64,000 nucleotides of DNA, from positions 2,080,865 through 2,144,864 of the forward strand of contig CAVYEB010000002.1 of the NCBI GenBank assembly GCA_963767585.1, written 5' to 3'. A model generated the notes under the pieces. It was not told the origin of the DNA. It saw nothing but the letters and a program-made list of their open reading frames with translations, and made no database searches. Origin of the DNA: an uncultured delta proteobacterium (GTDB lineage Bacteria; Desulfobacterota; Syntrophobacteria; Syntrophobacterales; Syntrophobacteraceae). Shown in pieces: positions 27,408 through 36,474 of the stretch (within the stretch, counting starts at the first letter, position 1; each line of letters begins with the position of its first letter). Both the position numbers and the translations under genes were made by a program.

Positions 27408-28997
27408 TTGAAAAGCATAGGGTTTCGAGCGCTTTTAGTCGCTGTAATTCTCGTTATCGGTATCTTCTGCGTCGTACCGACTTTTGTATCCACCTCTTTG
27501 CCCGGACTGTCGAATGCAATGCCGGATAAGATCCACCTTGGGTTGGATCTCCAGGGTGGTATCTACCTGGTGCTGGAGGTCGAAGCGGACAAGGCTGTCG
27601 AATTGCGGGCGGAGAGGTTTGCCGAGGAGATAAAGGACGCTCTGCGAGCGAAGAAAATCGGGTTCACCAAGGTTGCCAAAACCGGCGCCTGGGACGTCGA
27701 AGTCGTCCTGCCGTCGACTGAACAGTTGAATGAATTCAACGAAACTTTGAAAACTGATTTCCCAAAATTAAAGCCCTCCACAACTGAAACCACGGCTGAA
27801 GGCACAAAGGTGCTTCTCACCATGGACCAGAAGGAGGTCAACGATCTTCGGACCAACGCAGTAACCCAGGGCCTGGAAACTATCCGAAACAGGATCGACC
27901 AATTTGGGGTGAGCGAGCCTGATATCAGGCCCGAGCATGGTGACCGGATAATGGTTCAACTGCCCGGAATAAAGAACCCCCAGGAAGCCATTGAGCTTAT
28001 CGGGAAAATGGCAGTCCTCGAGTTCAAGTTCGTAGCGCAAAACGTCACACCCCAGGAGATTCAAGACAACAAGCTGCCGCCCGGAGTGAAGCTCTATCCG
28101 CGAAGGCCGTCGGATCGAAACGCGCAGGAAACCAAATTGCCGCTGGAAGAAAAAACTGTGCTTACCGGACAACATATTACCGACGCCAAAGTCGAGATAG
28201 GTCAGCGCTCGTTTGGCGAGGCGCAGATCTCACTCAATTTCGATGCTGAAGGGGCAAAGATTTTCGAGCGGCTGACAAGAGACAATGTTGGACGCAATCT
28301 TGCGATTGTTCTCGACGGAATTGTTTATTCGGACCCGGTCATAAAGGAACCCATTCCTAACGGCAGGGCCATAATCAGCGGCTCGTTCAGTGATGAAGAG
28401 GCCAAGGCCGTTGCGATCGCCCTGCGCACGGGCAGGCTGCCGGCGCCGGTCAAGATTCTCGAGCAGCGCACGGTGGGGCCTGCGCTGGGCGCCGACTCCA
28501 TCAGGAGTGGAGTCCTGGCCTCAGCTATCGGCGGATTGGGCATCGTCCTGTTTATGATCGTTTACTACAAATTTTCCGGAGCGATCGCTGATTTGGCGCT
28601 GGTCATGAATATCTTGTTGATACTGGCTCTGATGGCCCTCATCAGAGCTACTCTTACCTTGCCGGGTATCGCCGGTATCGCGCTCACTATTGGGATCGCC
28701 GTTGACGCGAACGTTTTGATATACGAACGAATACGAGAGGAACTTCGGTTGGGCAAAACACCCCGTGCTGCGATCGACACCGGATACCAGCGGGCAACCA
28801 TAACGATCATGGACGCAAACGTCACAAGCGCTATCGCGGCGTTGGTTCTCTACGGGTTCGGGACCGGTCCCGTGAAAGGTTTTGCTGTTACTCTCTTTTT
28901 TGGTCTGGCTGCAAACATGTTTACTGCCATCTTTGTAACCAGGATCATTTTCGACTATCTCCTGACCGAGCGGCGGGTGAAAGAGTTGAGCATTTAG
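27408..28997 (+). CDS. secD: protein translocase subunit SecD
   Basis: 529 aa with the LGLDLQGG motif and a C-terminal 6-TM domain. TTG start. Confidence 0.9.
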   Translation: MKSIGFRALLVAVILVIGIFCVVPTFVSTSLPGLSNAMPDKIHLGLDLQGGIYLVLEVEADKAVELRAERFAEEIKDALRAKKIGFTKVAKTGAWDVEVVLPSTEQLNEFNETLKTDFPKLKPSTTETTAEGTKVLLTMDQKEVNDLRTNAVTQGLETIRNRIDQFGVSEPDIRPEHGDRIMVQLPGIKNPQEAIELIGKMAVLEFKFVAQNVTPQEIQDNKLPPGVKLYPRRPSDRNAQETKLPLEEKTVLTGQHITDAKVEIGQRSFGEAQISLNFDAEGAKIFERLTRDNVGRNLAIVLDGIVYSDPVIKEPIPNGRAIISGSFSDEEAKAVAIALRTGRLPAPVKILEQRTVGPALGADSIRSGVLASAIGGLGIVLFMIVYYKFSGAIADLALVMNILLILALMALIRATLTLPGIAGIALTIGIAVDANVLIYERIREELRLGKTPRAAIDTGYQRATITIMDANVTSAIAALVLYGFGTGPVKGFAVTLFFGLAANMFTAIFVTRIIFDYLLTERRVKELSI

Positions 28998-29017
28998 TGC
29001 AGACATAAGGAAGACGA

Positions 29018-30175
29018 ATGCAACTTATAAGACCGGATATCAATATCAACTTCGTCGGAGTGCGCTACAAAGCTTTCATGCTTTCAGGCGCGATCATACT
29101 CCTTGGATTGCTTACCCTTTTCATGCGAGGCGGGCTCAGGATGGGCGTCGATTTTGCCGGGGGGACGCTGATCCAGGCTAAATTCAGCAGACCGACCACT
29201 CCGGACGAAATCCGCAATTCACTCCAGGGGATAGTTAAAAACGCTTTCATACAGCAGGTTGGCGCCAAGGGCGACAATGAATATCTCGTCCGTACCGACG
29301 CCATTCACGAAGAACTGGGGAGCCTGTCGAATAAGATCGAGGACCAACTCGACAAAGTCTATGGCCCCGGACAACAGGTACTGCGCGTTGAGATGGTGGG
29401 TCCCAAAGTCGGCCATGACCTTCGGCAAAAGGCGCTGCACGCCATCTTTTACGCTTTTCTATTCATCGCCGTCTATATTTCCTGGCGGTTTGAATTCAAA
29501 CTTTCAGCCGGCCTCATAATGCTGTTCGTCATGGGGCTGGGAATTTATCTGCTCGACGCCTTGGGCCTAAACGCGGCGTACCTTATCGGGGCAGCCCTTG
29601 TAGTAACTTTTGTGCTTTGCTGGTATCTCAAGCTGCCGTACGCCCTCGGGGCGCTGCTATCACTGGTTCATGACATTTTGATAACGGTCGGCATTTTCGC
29701 GTTTTTCAACAAGGAATTCAGCCTGGAGGTCTTTGCCGCCCTGTTGACCCTCTCCGGTTATTCGCTGAACGATACGATCATCGTCTACGACCGGATCCGT
29801 GAAAACCGCAACAAGGACAAAAAAATCAAATTCAGCGACATGATAAACGGGGCGATTAATCAGACCCTGAGCCGAACTGTGCTGACATCAATGACGGTGT
29901 TTTTCGTGATATTGTGCCTTTTCCTTCTCGGCGGCAGCGTAATCCACGATTTTAGTTTTGCCATGTTGATAGGAGTGGTGACCGGAAGTTACTCATCGGT
30001 GTTTGTGGCGAGTCCAATCCTAATTGCCTACGAAGACCTGACGAAAAAGAAGCCAGTGGCAGCCTCAAAACGCACGGTGGTTGAGGCTGGAGGGTCTAAA
30101 CCCGCCAAGAGTCCGAAGAAGGCGAAGAAACAATCCCCCGGGCAGGCAGATGTGAGCAGGAGCGCGCGCGGGTAA
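29018..30175 (+). CDS. secF: protein translocase subunit SecF (with a basic, low-complexity C-terminal tail)
   Basis: GVDFAGGT motif, 6 TM helices, and a position directly after secD. Confidence 0.9.
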   Translation: MQLIRPDININFVGVRYKAFMLSGAIILLGLLTLFMRGGLRMGVDFAGGTLIQAKFSRPTTPDEIRNSLQGIVKNAFIQQVGAKGDNEYLVRTDAIHEELGSLSNKIEDQLDKVYGPGQQVLRVEMVGPKVGHDLRQKALHAIFYAFLFIAVYISWRFEFKLSAGLIMLFVMGLGIYLLDALGLNAAYLIGAALVVTFVLCWYLKLPYALGALLSLVHDILITVGIFAFFNKEFSLEVFAALLTLSGYSLNDTIIVYDRIRENRNKDKKIKFSDMINGAINQTLSRTVLTSMTVFFVILCLFLLGGSVIHDFSFAMLIGVVTGSYSSVFVASPILIAYEDLTKKKPVAASKRTVVEAGGSKPAKSPKKAKKQSPGQADVSRSARG

Positions 30176-30179
30176 AATT

Positions 30180-30241
30180 AAGGCAAAAGTAAAAAGGCAA
30201 AAGTAAAAATGTGGACAAGTGATTTTTGCCTTTTGCCTTTC
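30180..30241. terminator. GGCAAAAGTAAAA word-hairpin between convergent secF and usp
   Basis: aaggcaaaagtaaaaaggcaaaagtaaaaa - 13 nt - tttttgccttttgcctttc. Confidence 0.7.
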
Positions 30242-30707
30242 ATTGCGCTACCCATACGGCCACATTCTTGAAATCGACAAGGATTTTCCGGGTAACCGAG
30301 GTTTTCAGAAAACTCCATACCCCCTGCGGTTGAGAATGCCCGAGCCCTATTATTCCGATTCCATTATTGGCGCACCAGGAAAGGATTTCATGGGCGGTAT
30401 CGCCTCTATCGGGAATCAGCGTTATGCGAATGCGGCTAACATCGAAGCCATAATCTATCAGTATTTCGGATGCTTTTAAGAGGTATGATACCTCTTCTCG
30501 TCTCACAGGATTATCGGCATAATGTTGTAACTTCTTCGGCGCTTCTGAAGGCAGGCATGAAATCGGATGCGACAGTTTTTTTGCCGCGTGCAGAAGAGTA
30601 ACGCCGGAACCGGTTCTGGACAGCATGAAGCCTGCGTGGTCCGCAACCCGCAATGATGCGTCGTCGTTTACTATGCATATTGCGGGCGCTCTTCGGGTCG
30701 ATTTCAC
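30240..30707 (-). CDS. universal stress protein domain (second half of a probable tandem-USP gene)
   Basis: ICIVNDDASLRVADHAG...GIGIIGLGHS...TRKILVDFKNVAVWVAQ. Confidence 0.6.
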   Translation of the reverse strand: MKSTRRAPAICIVNDDASLRVADHAGFMLSRTGSGVTLLHAAKKLSHPISCLPSEAPKKLQHYADNPVRREEVSYLLKASEILIDYGFDVSRIRITLIPDRGDTAHEILSWCANNGIGIIGLGHSQPQGVWSFLKTSVTRKILVDFKNVAVWVAQ

Positions 30708-31179
30708 CCTCAGTGAACCAAACCGGACTTGTCAGGCATCGCTCGAGAAGGGCTGACGCTAAATCTCCCCTGATGAAGCCCTCCAAGCTGCTTGTAACCT
30801 GCTTATGGACGACAACGGCGTCGACTTTTTTAATGTCCGCAAGAAGGCACGCCTGTTTTGCGACGCTTATTTGTCTTTGCTCTATGTGTTCCTGTATCAA
30901 TTCCTCAGCGAAACCAGCCTTTAAAAGGACCTGTCTGGCATGGCTGAAGAGGCGGCGCACATCCTGTTGACGGGCCTGAAAGAATTCATCCCTTTTTTTT
31001 GACAGTTCGGGGGACTGTGCTACTGCTCCGGAGTAAGCCGGAGGAAGCGGCGGAGAGAAGTAGCAAAGGATCAGGCTGACTTCCGAAGTGGGATAGAGAC
31101 GACTGATGAACGTAACAGGCCGAAGCGACTCGTCTGTCCCGTCTATTGGAAGCAGAATGCACTTGGTAAGGATTTGCAT
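30511..31179 (-). CDS. universal stress protein domain (first half); its last ~65 codons look out of frame
   Basis: ILLPIDGTDESLRP...VDAVVVHK...CLTSPVWF is USP-like. Past residue ~160 the frame gives an Arg-rich nonsense-like tail that overlaps the next ORF by 197 nt. Confidence 0.55.
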   Translation of the reverse strand: MQILTKCILLPIDGTDESLRPVTFISRLYPTSEVSLILCYFSPPLPPAYSGAVAQSPELSKKRDEFFQARQQDVRRLFSHARQVLLKAGFAEELIQEHIEQRQISVAKQACLLADIKKVDAVVVHKQVTSSLEGFIRGDLASALLERCLTSPVWFTEGEIDPKSARNMHSKRRRIIAGCGPRRLHAVQNRFRRYSSARGKKTVASDFMPAFRSAEEVTTLCR

Positions 31180-31348
31180 CGGGATTTTTCCTCTTTGGCT
31201 TATCGCCAATTAACAGTTAATCTGCTCAGGTTACATTGACAGCATGGAGCGGATATAAAATAATACATGCTCGTTGGTTATTGCATAGATGGAAACTAAT
31301 TAGCGAGCCGCCATCCTGGCGGGACAAGGTCCGATACGAGGAGAAAAG

Positions 31349-32242
31349 ATGCTCGAGACACCTATCTTCGAAACAAATTTTCCGGGGTTGAATCTCCTGT
31401 CACGAGGTAAAGTGCGAGACATTTATGATCTTGGCGATTCTTTGCTCATAGTGGCGACAGACCGGATTTCGGCTTTCGACGTCGTAATGCCTGACCCGAT
31501 TCCCGATAAGGGCACGATATTGACCCAACTGTCTGAATTCTGGCTCCGCTACCTCAACGACGTCATTGACAACCACCTGATAAGCACCGATTGCAGCCAT
31601 TTTCCCGAAGTCTGCCGACCGTATTCCTCGCAGCTCAAGGGGCGTACAATGTTGGTGAAAAAGGCAAAAGTGCTGCCTGTTGAATGCATAGTCAGAGGAT
31701 ATCTCGCAGGTTCGGGCTGGGAAGACTACCGGAGCAGCGGCCAACTTAGTGGAATATCTCTTCCTTCGGGGCTTATCGAAGCCCAAAAATTGCCGGAGCC
31801 TTTATTTACTCCATCGACCAAGGCAAAGCAGGGCGATCATGATGAAAATATTTCTTTTCAGGCGATGGGCGAGGCCATTGGGCGAAGTCTTGCTCAGGAT
31901 GTAAAGGATGCTGCTATTGCCCTTTACTTGAAGGCCTCGAGATATGCCGGGGAGCGTGGAATTATTCTCGCCGATACGAAATTCGAATTCGGAACCGTCG
32001 GCACAAAACTGATACTTGTCGATGAAGTGCTTACTCCCGACTCGAGCCGTTTCTGGCCGGCAGACCGCTATCGCCCGGGAAGCAGCCCCGAGAGCTTTGA
32101 TAAGCAGTTTCTGCGCGACTACCTGAAATCGAGCGGGTGGAAAAAGACCGACCCTGCTCCTAAACTCCCTGAAGATGTTGTGGTGAATACGCGCGCCAGG
32201 TACCTCGAGGCGCTTAGACGGCTTTCCGGAAGGAACGTCTAA
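31349..32242 (+). CDS. purC: phosphoribosylaminoimidazole-succinocarboxamide (SAICAR) synthase
   Basis: GKVRDIYDLGDSLLIVATDRISAFD and LADTKFEFG motifs. Confidence 0.92.
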   Translation: MLETPIFETNFPGLNLLSRGKVRDIYDLGDSLLIVATDRISAFDVVMPDPIPDKGTILTQLSEFWLRYLNDVIDNHLISTDCSHFPEVCRPYSSQLKGRTMLVKKAKVLPVECIVRGYLAGSGWEDYRSSGQLSGISLPSGLIEAQKLPEPLFTPSTKAKQGDHDENISFQAMGEAIGRSLAQDVKDAAIALYLKASRYAGERGIILADTKFEFGTVGTKLILVDEVLTPDSSRFWPADRYRPGSSPESFDKQFLRDYLKSSGWKKTDPAPKLPEDVVVNTRARYLEALRRLSGRNV

Positions 32243-32300
32243 TTGAGGGAATTAGGAATGAGGAATTAGGAATGGAGGAATTCTCCTGGGGAATTAGGGA
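32240..32300 (+). repeat. AATTAGGAATG-family array filling the purC / ParB-like spacer
   Basis: taattgagggaattaggaatgaggaattaggaatggaggaattctcctggggaattagggattg ATGATG. Confidence 0.95.
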
Positions 32301-33266
32301 TTGATGGACTTACGCTTTGTAATCTTGCCCGAGATCGACCTGGATAACGGGACCTTCGAGATAAGAGAATTCGCAGGCACGACCCGTCTGCGGGAATCGC
32401 TTGCACGCTTGGGAATTCTTGACCCGCCCTGGCTCCAAAAAAAGGGCGGCGAATACATCGTCATTGATGGTTTCAAAAGACTGTGCTGGGCAAAAGAAAA
32501 TGGGGTGCGGGGGGCGGAGTGCCGGATTTTCCCTGAGCATTACGAAACCAGCGAACTTTGGAAGCGAAGGCTGGAAAAAAAAATCTTCGAACGCGAAATC
32601 AATCCTGCAGAAAAGACGCAAATAGTGTCTACGCTGCTCGAATTGTTTCAACCTTTTGAAATTCCTAGATTTTTTCTCACCGAGTTGGATATTTCAAACC
32701 GCCCCGAGGTCCTGCAGAATTGGGCCCTGCTTTCAACCTGGGGACCGGAAAGCCTCCAAATTATCGCCTCGGGGGCTGTGGCTGAGCGTGCGGCTCTTGA
32801 GATAGCGGGCTGGGACAGGGGCAGCAGAGATTCGATTTTGCGGGTGCTCCTGGTTCTGCGGTGCAGCGCGAGCATCCAGGTGGAGATAGTTGAGCGCATA
32901 AACGAAATAGCTATTCGCGAAGGAAAGGTGGGCGTCGACATTATCGACACTCCACGTGTGCGCGAAATCCTCGAGACAACGGGACTGAACCACCGGCAAA
33001 AAACACAGGCGCTGAGAGAGTTGTTGTCTGAACTGCGGTACCCCAGGCTCAGTTCGAGACAGAGACGGTTCAAGAGGCAGAGCGAAGCTGTTGGGCTCCC
33101 GACAGGAACGAGAATCATTCCCCCGGCGGCATTCGAAGGGAACAATTGGAGGATGGAACTGAGTTTTACTGACGTTCAAGAGCTTCTAAAGATGCTCGAC
33201 CTAACCATGTCTATCGTACAATCAGGTCGCCTGGATGCCATATTGGGAGTTAAGGGTGAAGGGTGA
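32301..33266 (+). CDS. ParB N-terminal (ParB/Srx nuclease-like) domain protein
   Basis: EYIVIDGFKRLCWAKENG resembles the ParB-box DGxxR region. The rest is helical with no obvious motif. Confidence 0.55.
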   Translation: MMDLRFVILPEIDLDNGTFEIREFAGTTRLRESLARLGILDPPWLQKKGGEYIVIDGFKRLCWAKENGVRGAECRIFPEHYETSELWKRRLEKKIFEREINPAEKTQIVSTLLELFQPFEIPRFFLTELDISNRPEVLQNWALLSTWGPESLQIIASGAVAERAALEIAGWDRGSRDSILRVLLVLRCSASIQVEIVERINEIAIREGKVGVDIIDTPRVREILETTGLNHRQKTQALRELLSELRYPRLSSRQRRFKRQSEAVGLPTGTRIIPPAAFEGNNWRMELSFTDVQELLKMLDLTMSIVQSGRLDAILGVKGEG

Positions 33267-33298
33267 AGACCTGACCGCAACCCCATCGCCTGGCTGAA

Positions 33299-34432
33299 GT
33301 GAGGTCGATGAAAATTCGCGCTCCCAAAAAAGTAATGGTGGAATCGGCCGTCGCGGACAGCGTCCTCGCGGATTCTCTCCGTAAAAATCTGCCCGGCGCT
33401 AATTTTGAGATCGTGGACAGAATTCCCGATGCCGGTTGTCGCGATCCTGAAATTCTCGAGGTAGTGGATTTTCGCGGCAGGTTTCTAAAATCATGTCCGG
33501 GAACGCGCCATTACCATTGCTGCGGATACAGGATTCTTCATTTTGGGACCCAGTGTTCGCTCGACTGCTCCTATTGCATCCTTCAGGCCTACCTTAACCA
33601 GCCTAATCTCAGGCTCTTTGGCAACATCGATGAAATGTTCAGCGAACTCTCGGACGTTCTGGTTCAAAATCGGCAATGTCTGCACAGGATTGGGACCGGA
33701 GAATTCACGGATTCCCTTCTGCTGGATCCGTTCACAGAGTTGTCTCGATTGCTGGTCCCTTTTTTTGGCGGGACCCCGAACGCGGTCCTGGAACTGAAAA
33801 CTAAAACCAACTTTGTCGAAAATCTTGGCGAACTCGATCACAAAGGCCGCACAATCGTAGCCTGGTCGCTGAATTCGGGAGAGGTCCGAAAGCGCGAAGA
33901 ACCTTTTGCAGCAACCATCACAGAGAGGCTGCAGGCGGCACGTTCCTGCGTCGGAAACGGTTATTTTCCGGCCTTCCATTTCGACCCGATCATAGACTAC
34001 CCTGGATGGAAATCGGGGTATGCCCGGACCCTCGATCGACTCTTCGCCGCAGTTGACCCGTCTCGAATCGTTTGGATCAGCCTTGGGGCTTTTCGGTTTA
34101 TGCCCGAACTCAAGCATATAATCAGGTTACGCCACCCATCGAGCCGGATTGCCTGCGGTGAATTTATTCGTGGACTGGACGGCAAAATGCGTTATTTCCG
34201 GGACATAAGGGTCGAATTCTATTCCTTTATGGTCGAAAGGATTCGGCAGGCTAACCCTGACCTGTGTGTTTACCTTTGCATGGAAAGCGACGACGTCTGG
34301 AAGGAATCCTTCGGATTTTCCCCTGCAGAACGACGCGGGCTGAGCTGCATGCTCGACTGCGCCGTGGAAAAGGTGATGAAAATCGGGCCGTTTGACAAGG
34401 ATAAGAGACAACTAACTCCAATTAATTGCTAA
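33299..34432 (+). CDS. radical SAM protein, spore-photoproduct-lyase (SPL/SplB-like, COG1533-type) family
   Basis: CSLDCSYCILQAY CxxxCxxC box, with size and pattern typical of SPL-family proteins. Confidence 0.65.
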   Translation: MRSMKIRAPKKVMVESAVADSVLADSLRKNLPGANFEIVDRIPDAGCRDPEILEVVDFRGRFLKSCPGTRHYHCCGYRILHFGTQCSLDCSYCILQAYLNQPNLRLFGNIDEMFSELSDVLVQNRQCLHRIGTGEFTDSLLLDPFTELSRLLVPFFGGTPNAVLELKTKTNFVENLGELDHKGRTIVAWSLNSGEVRKREEPFAATITERLQAARSCVGNGYFPAFHFDPIIDYPGWKSGYARTLDRLFAAVDPSRIVWISLGAFRFMPELKHIIRLRHPSSRIACGEFIRGLDGKMRYFRDIRVEFYSFMVERIRQANPDLCVYLCMESDDVWKESFGFSPAERRGLSCMLDCAVEKVMKIGPFDKDKRQLTPINC

Positions 34433-34466
34433 AGAACGGCTGTTTCTGTTAAAAGTAAGCCTTAAA

Positions 34467-34490
34467 GGCAATTAGGAATGAGGAATTATG
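34467..34490 (+). repeat. AATTAGGAATG-family array
   Basis: aggcaattaggaatgaggaattatg. Confidence 0.9.
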
Positions 34491-34532
34491 TGCTGGGAAT
34501 CAACGGAAATAACTTCTGAAAAGGAGCTTATC

Positions 34533-34676
34533 ATGGAACCGCCCGAAGCTTACGGTGATGATGGAGTGGACGTGACCATTATACGTTGGATGCTCTCCAC
34601 ACCCCCCTGCGAGCGAGTGCAGGTATTGCAAGATGCGGTTCGATCCATCATGAGACTGAGACTGCGCGAGAGGTAA
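34533..34676 (+). CDS. small hypothetical protein (47 aa)
   Basis: AAGGAG-N6-ATG. The stop is 4 nt before the next gene. Confidence 0.45.
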   Translation: MEPPEAYGDDGVDVTIIRWMLSTPPCERVQVLQDAVRSIMRLRLRER

Positions 34677-34680
34677 TCAA

Positions 34681-35829
34681 ATGTTTCACGGGTTGAGGCA
34701 GTACGAGACGCTGCACAGAATCTGGTGGTTCGTCTTTTTTTTATTGTGCCTGGTGTTCGCAAGGTATTCACTCAGCTTTACTACTGGTCCCCGGCAAGGT
34801 CCGGAGCTTAAGGACATTGGAAAGGCCGGTTTCTGGACCGGTCTTCAGGGCATAGGCATGACCACCACAGGCCTCGATTATTCCAGGGGAAATCAGGGCC
34901 AGTCCGACAAAGGCGCGAGGCCGCAGTCCGGGAAACCATCCAGTCCGGACAGGCTCAAACAGCCATCGGAACCTTCATCGGGACAAAGCGATCACAGGGA
35001 CAATATTGAATTGATCAGCCATATGCTCCTTTTTTTTATCCGGGCGGGGATAATTTTTCTTGAGTTGCGCCTGCTCTGGCTTCTGATTCAGTATGCCGGG
35101 AGACTCCTGCTACAGTTGTTCATGTCGGAGATCAAGCAACCGGGTGTACTCAAGCGAGAACAAGCCCGAACAGGATCAGACCCGCTTTTCCCGATACAGG
35201 TCTTGGCTGCCAGGATCAGACGCAATCCCATGAGCTTCATACTGCATCCATTTATCCGGCTGCGCCTGATGTTTTCAGGTTCTAACAACAACCTTTCATC
35301 GGAAGAATTGTTTGAGAAAGAACGCCGGGTGGTCGAGGCTGACTGGCGCATTTTGGACGGTTCATGGGGACCCTACAGGTGCCTTTTCTGGATTTTGCCT
35401 ATACTCGGGCTTGCTCAGACAGTCATGCTCCTCGTAGCTCAGTTCAGCGCCGCCTCTTCCGGTCTTGCCGGCGTTCCTCCCAGGGAAGCCCTCGAATCAG
35501 CCAAACCACTGCTCAACCTTAGCGCGCAAAAGGAAATACTCGATTCCATCAAGCCCACTTTCAATCTTTTACTTCCACTGATCCAGGCGGCAGGTATGGC
35601 TGTATTTTTTCAACTGGCTTCGAGCCTGCTGCGGAATTTTGAAGACCTTTACCTTTCCAGTCTGGATGCGTTTATGTACGACCAGGTGCTCTCCAAGCTG
35701 CCGTTGCGGAGTAACGATACTGTGCTCATTTTGGAGATGCTGCAGCAGCAGTTCCGGGAAGTCAACGCCGCGATTAAGAGGCTGGAGAGCAAGGTTTTTT
35801 CGCCATCGGAAGTTGAGAAACGGACATGA
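34681..35829 (+). CDS. hypothetical 4-TM membrane protein, weakly MotA/ExbB/TolQ-like in its C-terminal half
   Basis: LPILGLAQTVMLLVAQF followed by a second helix resembles the PxLGLLGTV channel motif. The similarity is weak. Confidence 0.4.
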   Translation: MFHGLRQYETLHRIWWFVFFLLCLVFARYSLSFTTGPRQGPELKDIGKAGFWTGLQGIGMTTTGLDYSRGNQGQSDKGARPQSGKPSSPDRLKQPSEPSSGQSDHRDNIELISHMLLFFIRAGIIFLELRLLWLLIQYAGRLLLQLFMSEIKQPGVLKREQARTGSDPLFPIQVLAARIRRNPMSFILHPFIRLRLMFSGSNNNLSSEELFEKERRVVEADWRILDGSWGPYRCLFWILPILGLAQTVMLLVAQFSAASSGLAGVPPREALESAKPLLNLSAQKEILDSIKPTFNLLLPLIQAAGMAVFFQLASSLLRNFEDLYLSSLDAFMYDQVLSKLPLRSNDTVLILEMLQQQFREVNAAIKRLESKVFSPSEVEKRT

Positions 35830-36323
35830 AACGCGCTGGATCGAACATCAAGGTGGGAAAGCTGCTGAAAGATTTCCTGGAACAGCATCCCGCTTTTACA
35901 GCCAATCCGATTGGAGACTGGCAAGAGCTGGTAGGCGAACAGGTTGCACGCTACACTGTCCCGAAATCGTTGAAGAACAAGGTGCTGGTAATCCTTCCCC
36001 ACGATTCGGTCTGGAAGCACCATCTGGAGCAGTTGAAAGAAGTCTTGACGGAGAAGATAAACTGCAGGCGCCGTGAGTGCCTGGTGGAACAGATAGTCAT
36101 CAAAGTCGCTGAAATGCCGGAATCGGTCCCGATATTGAATCCGGCTCACAAGAAGCTCGAGAAAATCAAGGGAACAAAGATCCCCGGCCGCAGAAAGTCC
36201 AAAGCCCCGCCCAGGAAGCTGACCCCGGAAGAACAGTCCCTCATAAAGAGCCTGGCCGATTCCGACCTGCAGAAAATCGGCGCAAAGCTTCTAAAGCGAA
36301 TTCCGGCCTCCGAAGCGGAATGA
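35826..36323 (+). CDS. DUF721 (DciA-like) domain protein
   Basis: IGDWQELVGEQVARYTVPKSLKNKVLVILPHDSVWKHHL pattern. Overlaps the previous gene by 4 nt. Confidence 0.6.
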   Translation: MKRAGSNIKVGKLLKDFLEQHPAFTANPIGDWQELVGEQVARYTVPKSLKNKVLVILPHDSVWKHHLEQLKEVLTEKINCRRRECLVEQIVIKVAEMPESVPILNPAHKKLEKIKGTKIPGRRKSKAPPRKLTPEEQSLIKSLADSDLQKIGAKLLKRIPASEAE

Positions 36324-36474
36324 GAGCAGGTCAACGCCTGAGAGACATCCGTAATCAGTTATTTCAAGAAGTCTTCCTGCCACAAATCCCCGCCAGACTC
36401 TCCGCGATGCGTCACTAAGCGGAAAACATCCATTGTACCTTATAATTAAGGCGCGTTGGCGTCAGGGGTGTAAA

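Noticed and set aside
31210-31348. Purine- or ZTP-type riboswitch in the purC leader
   Set aside because: Only a simple hairpin (gccgcca tcc tggcggg) is visible. I could not find the conserved ZTP or purine riboswitch cores.
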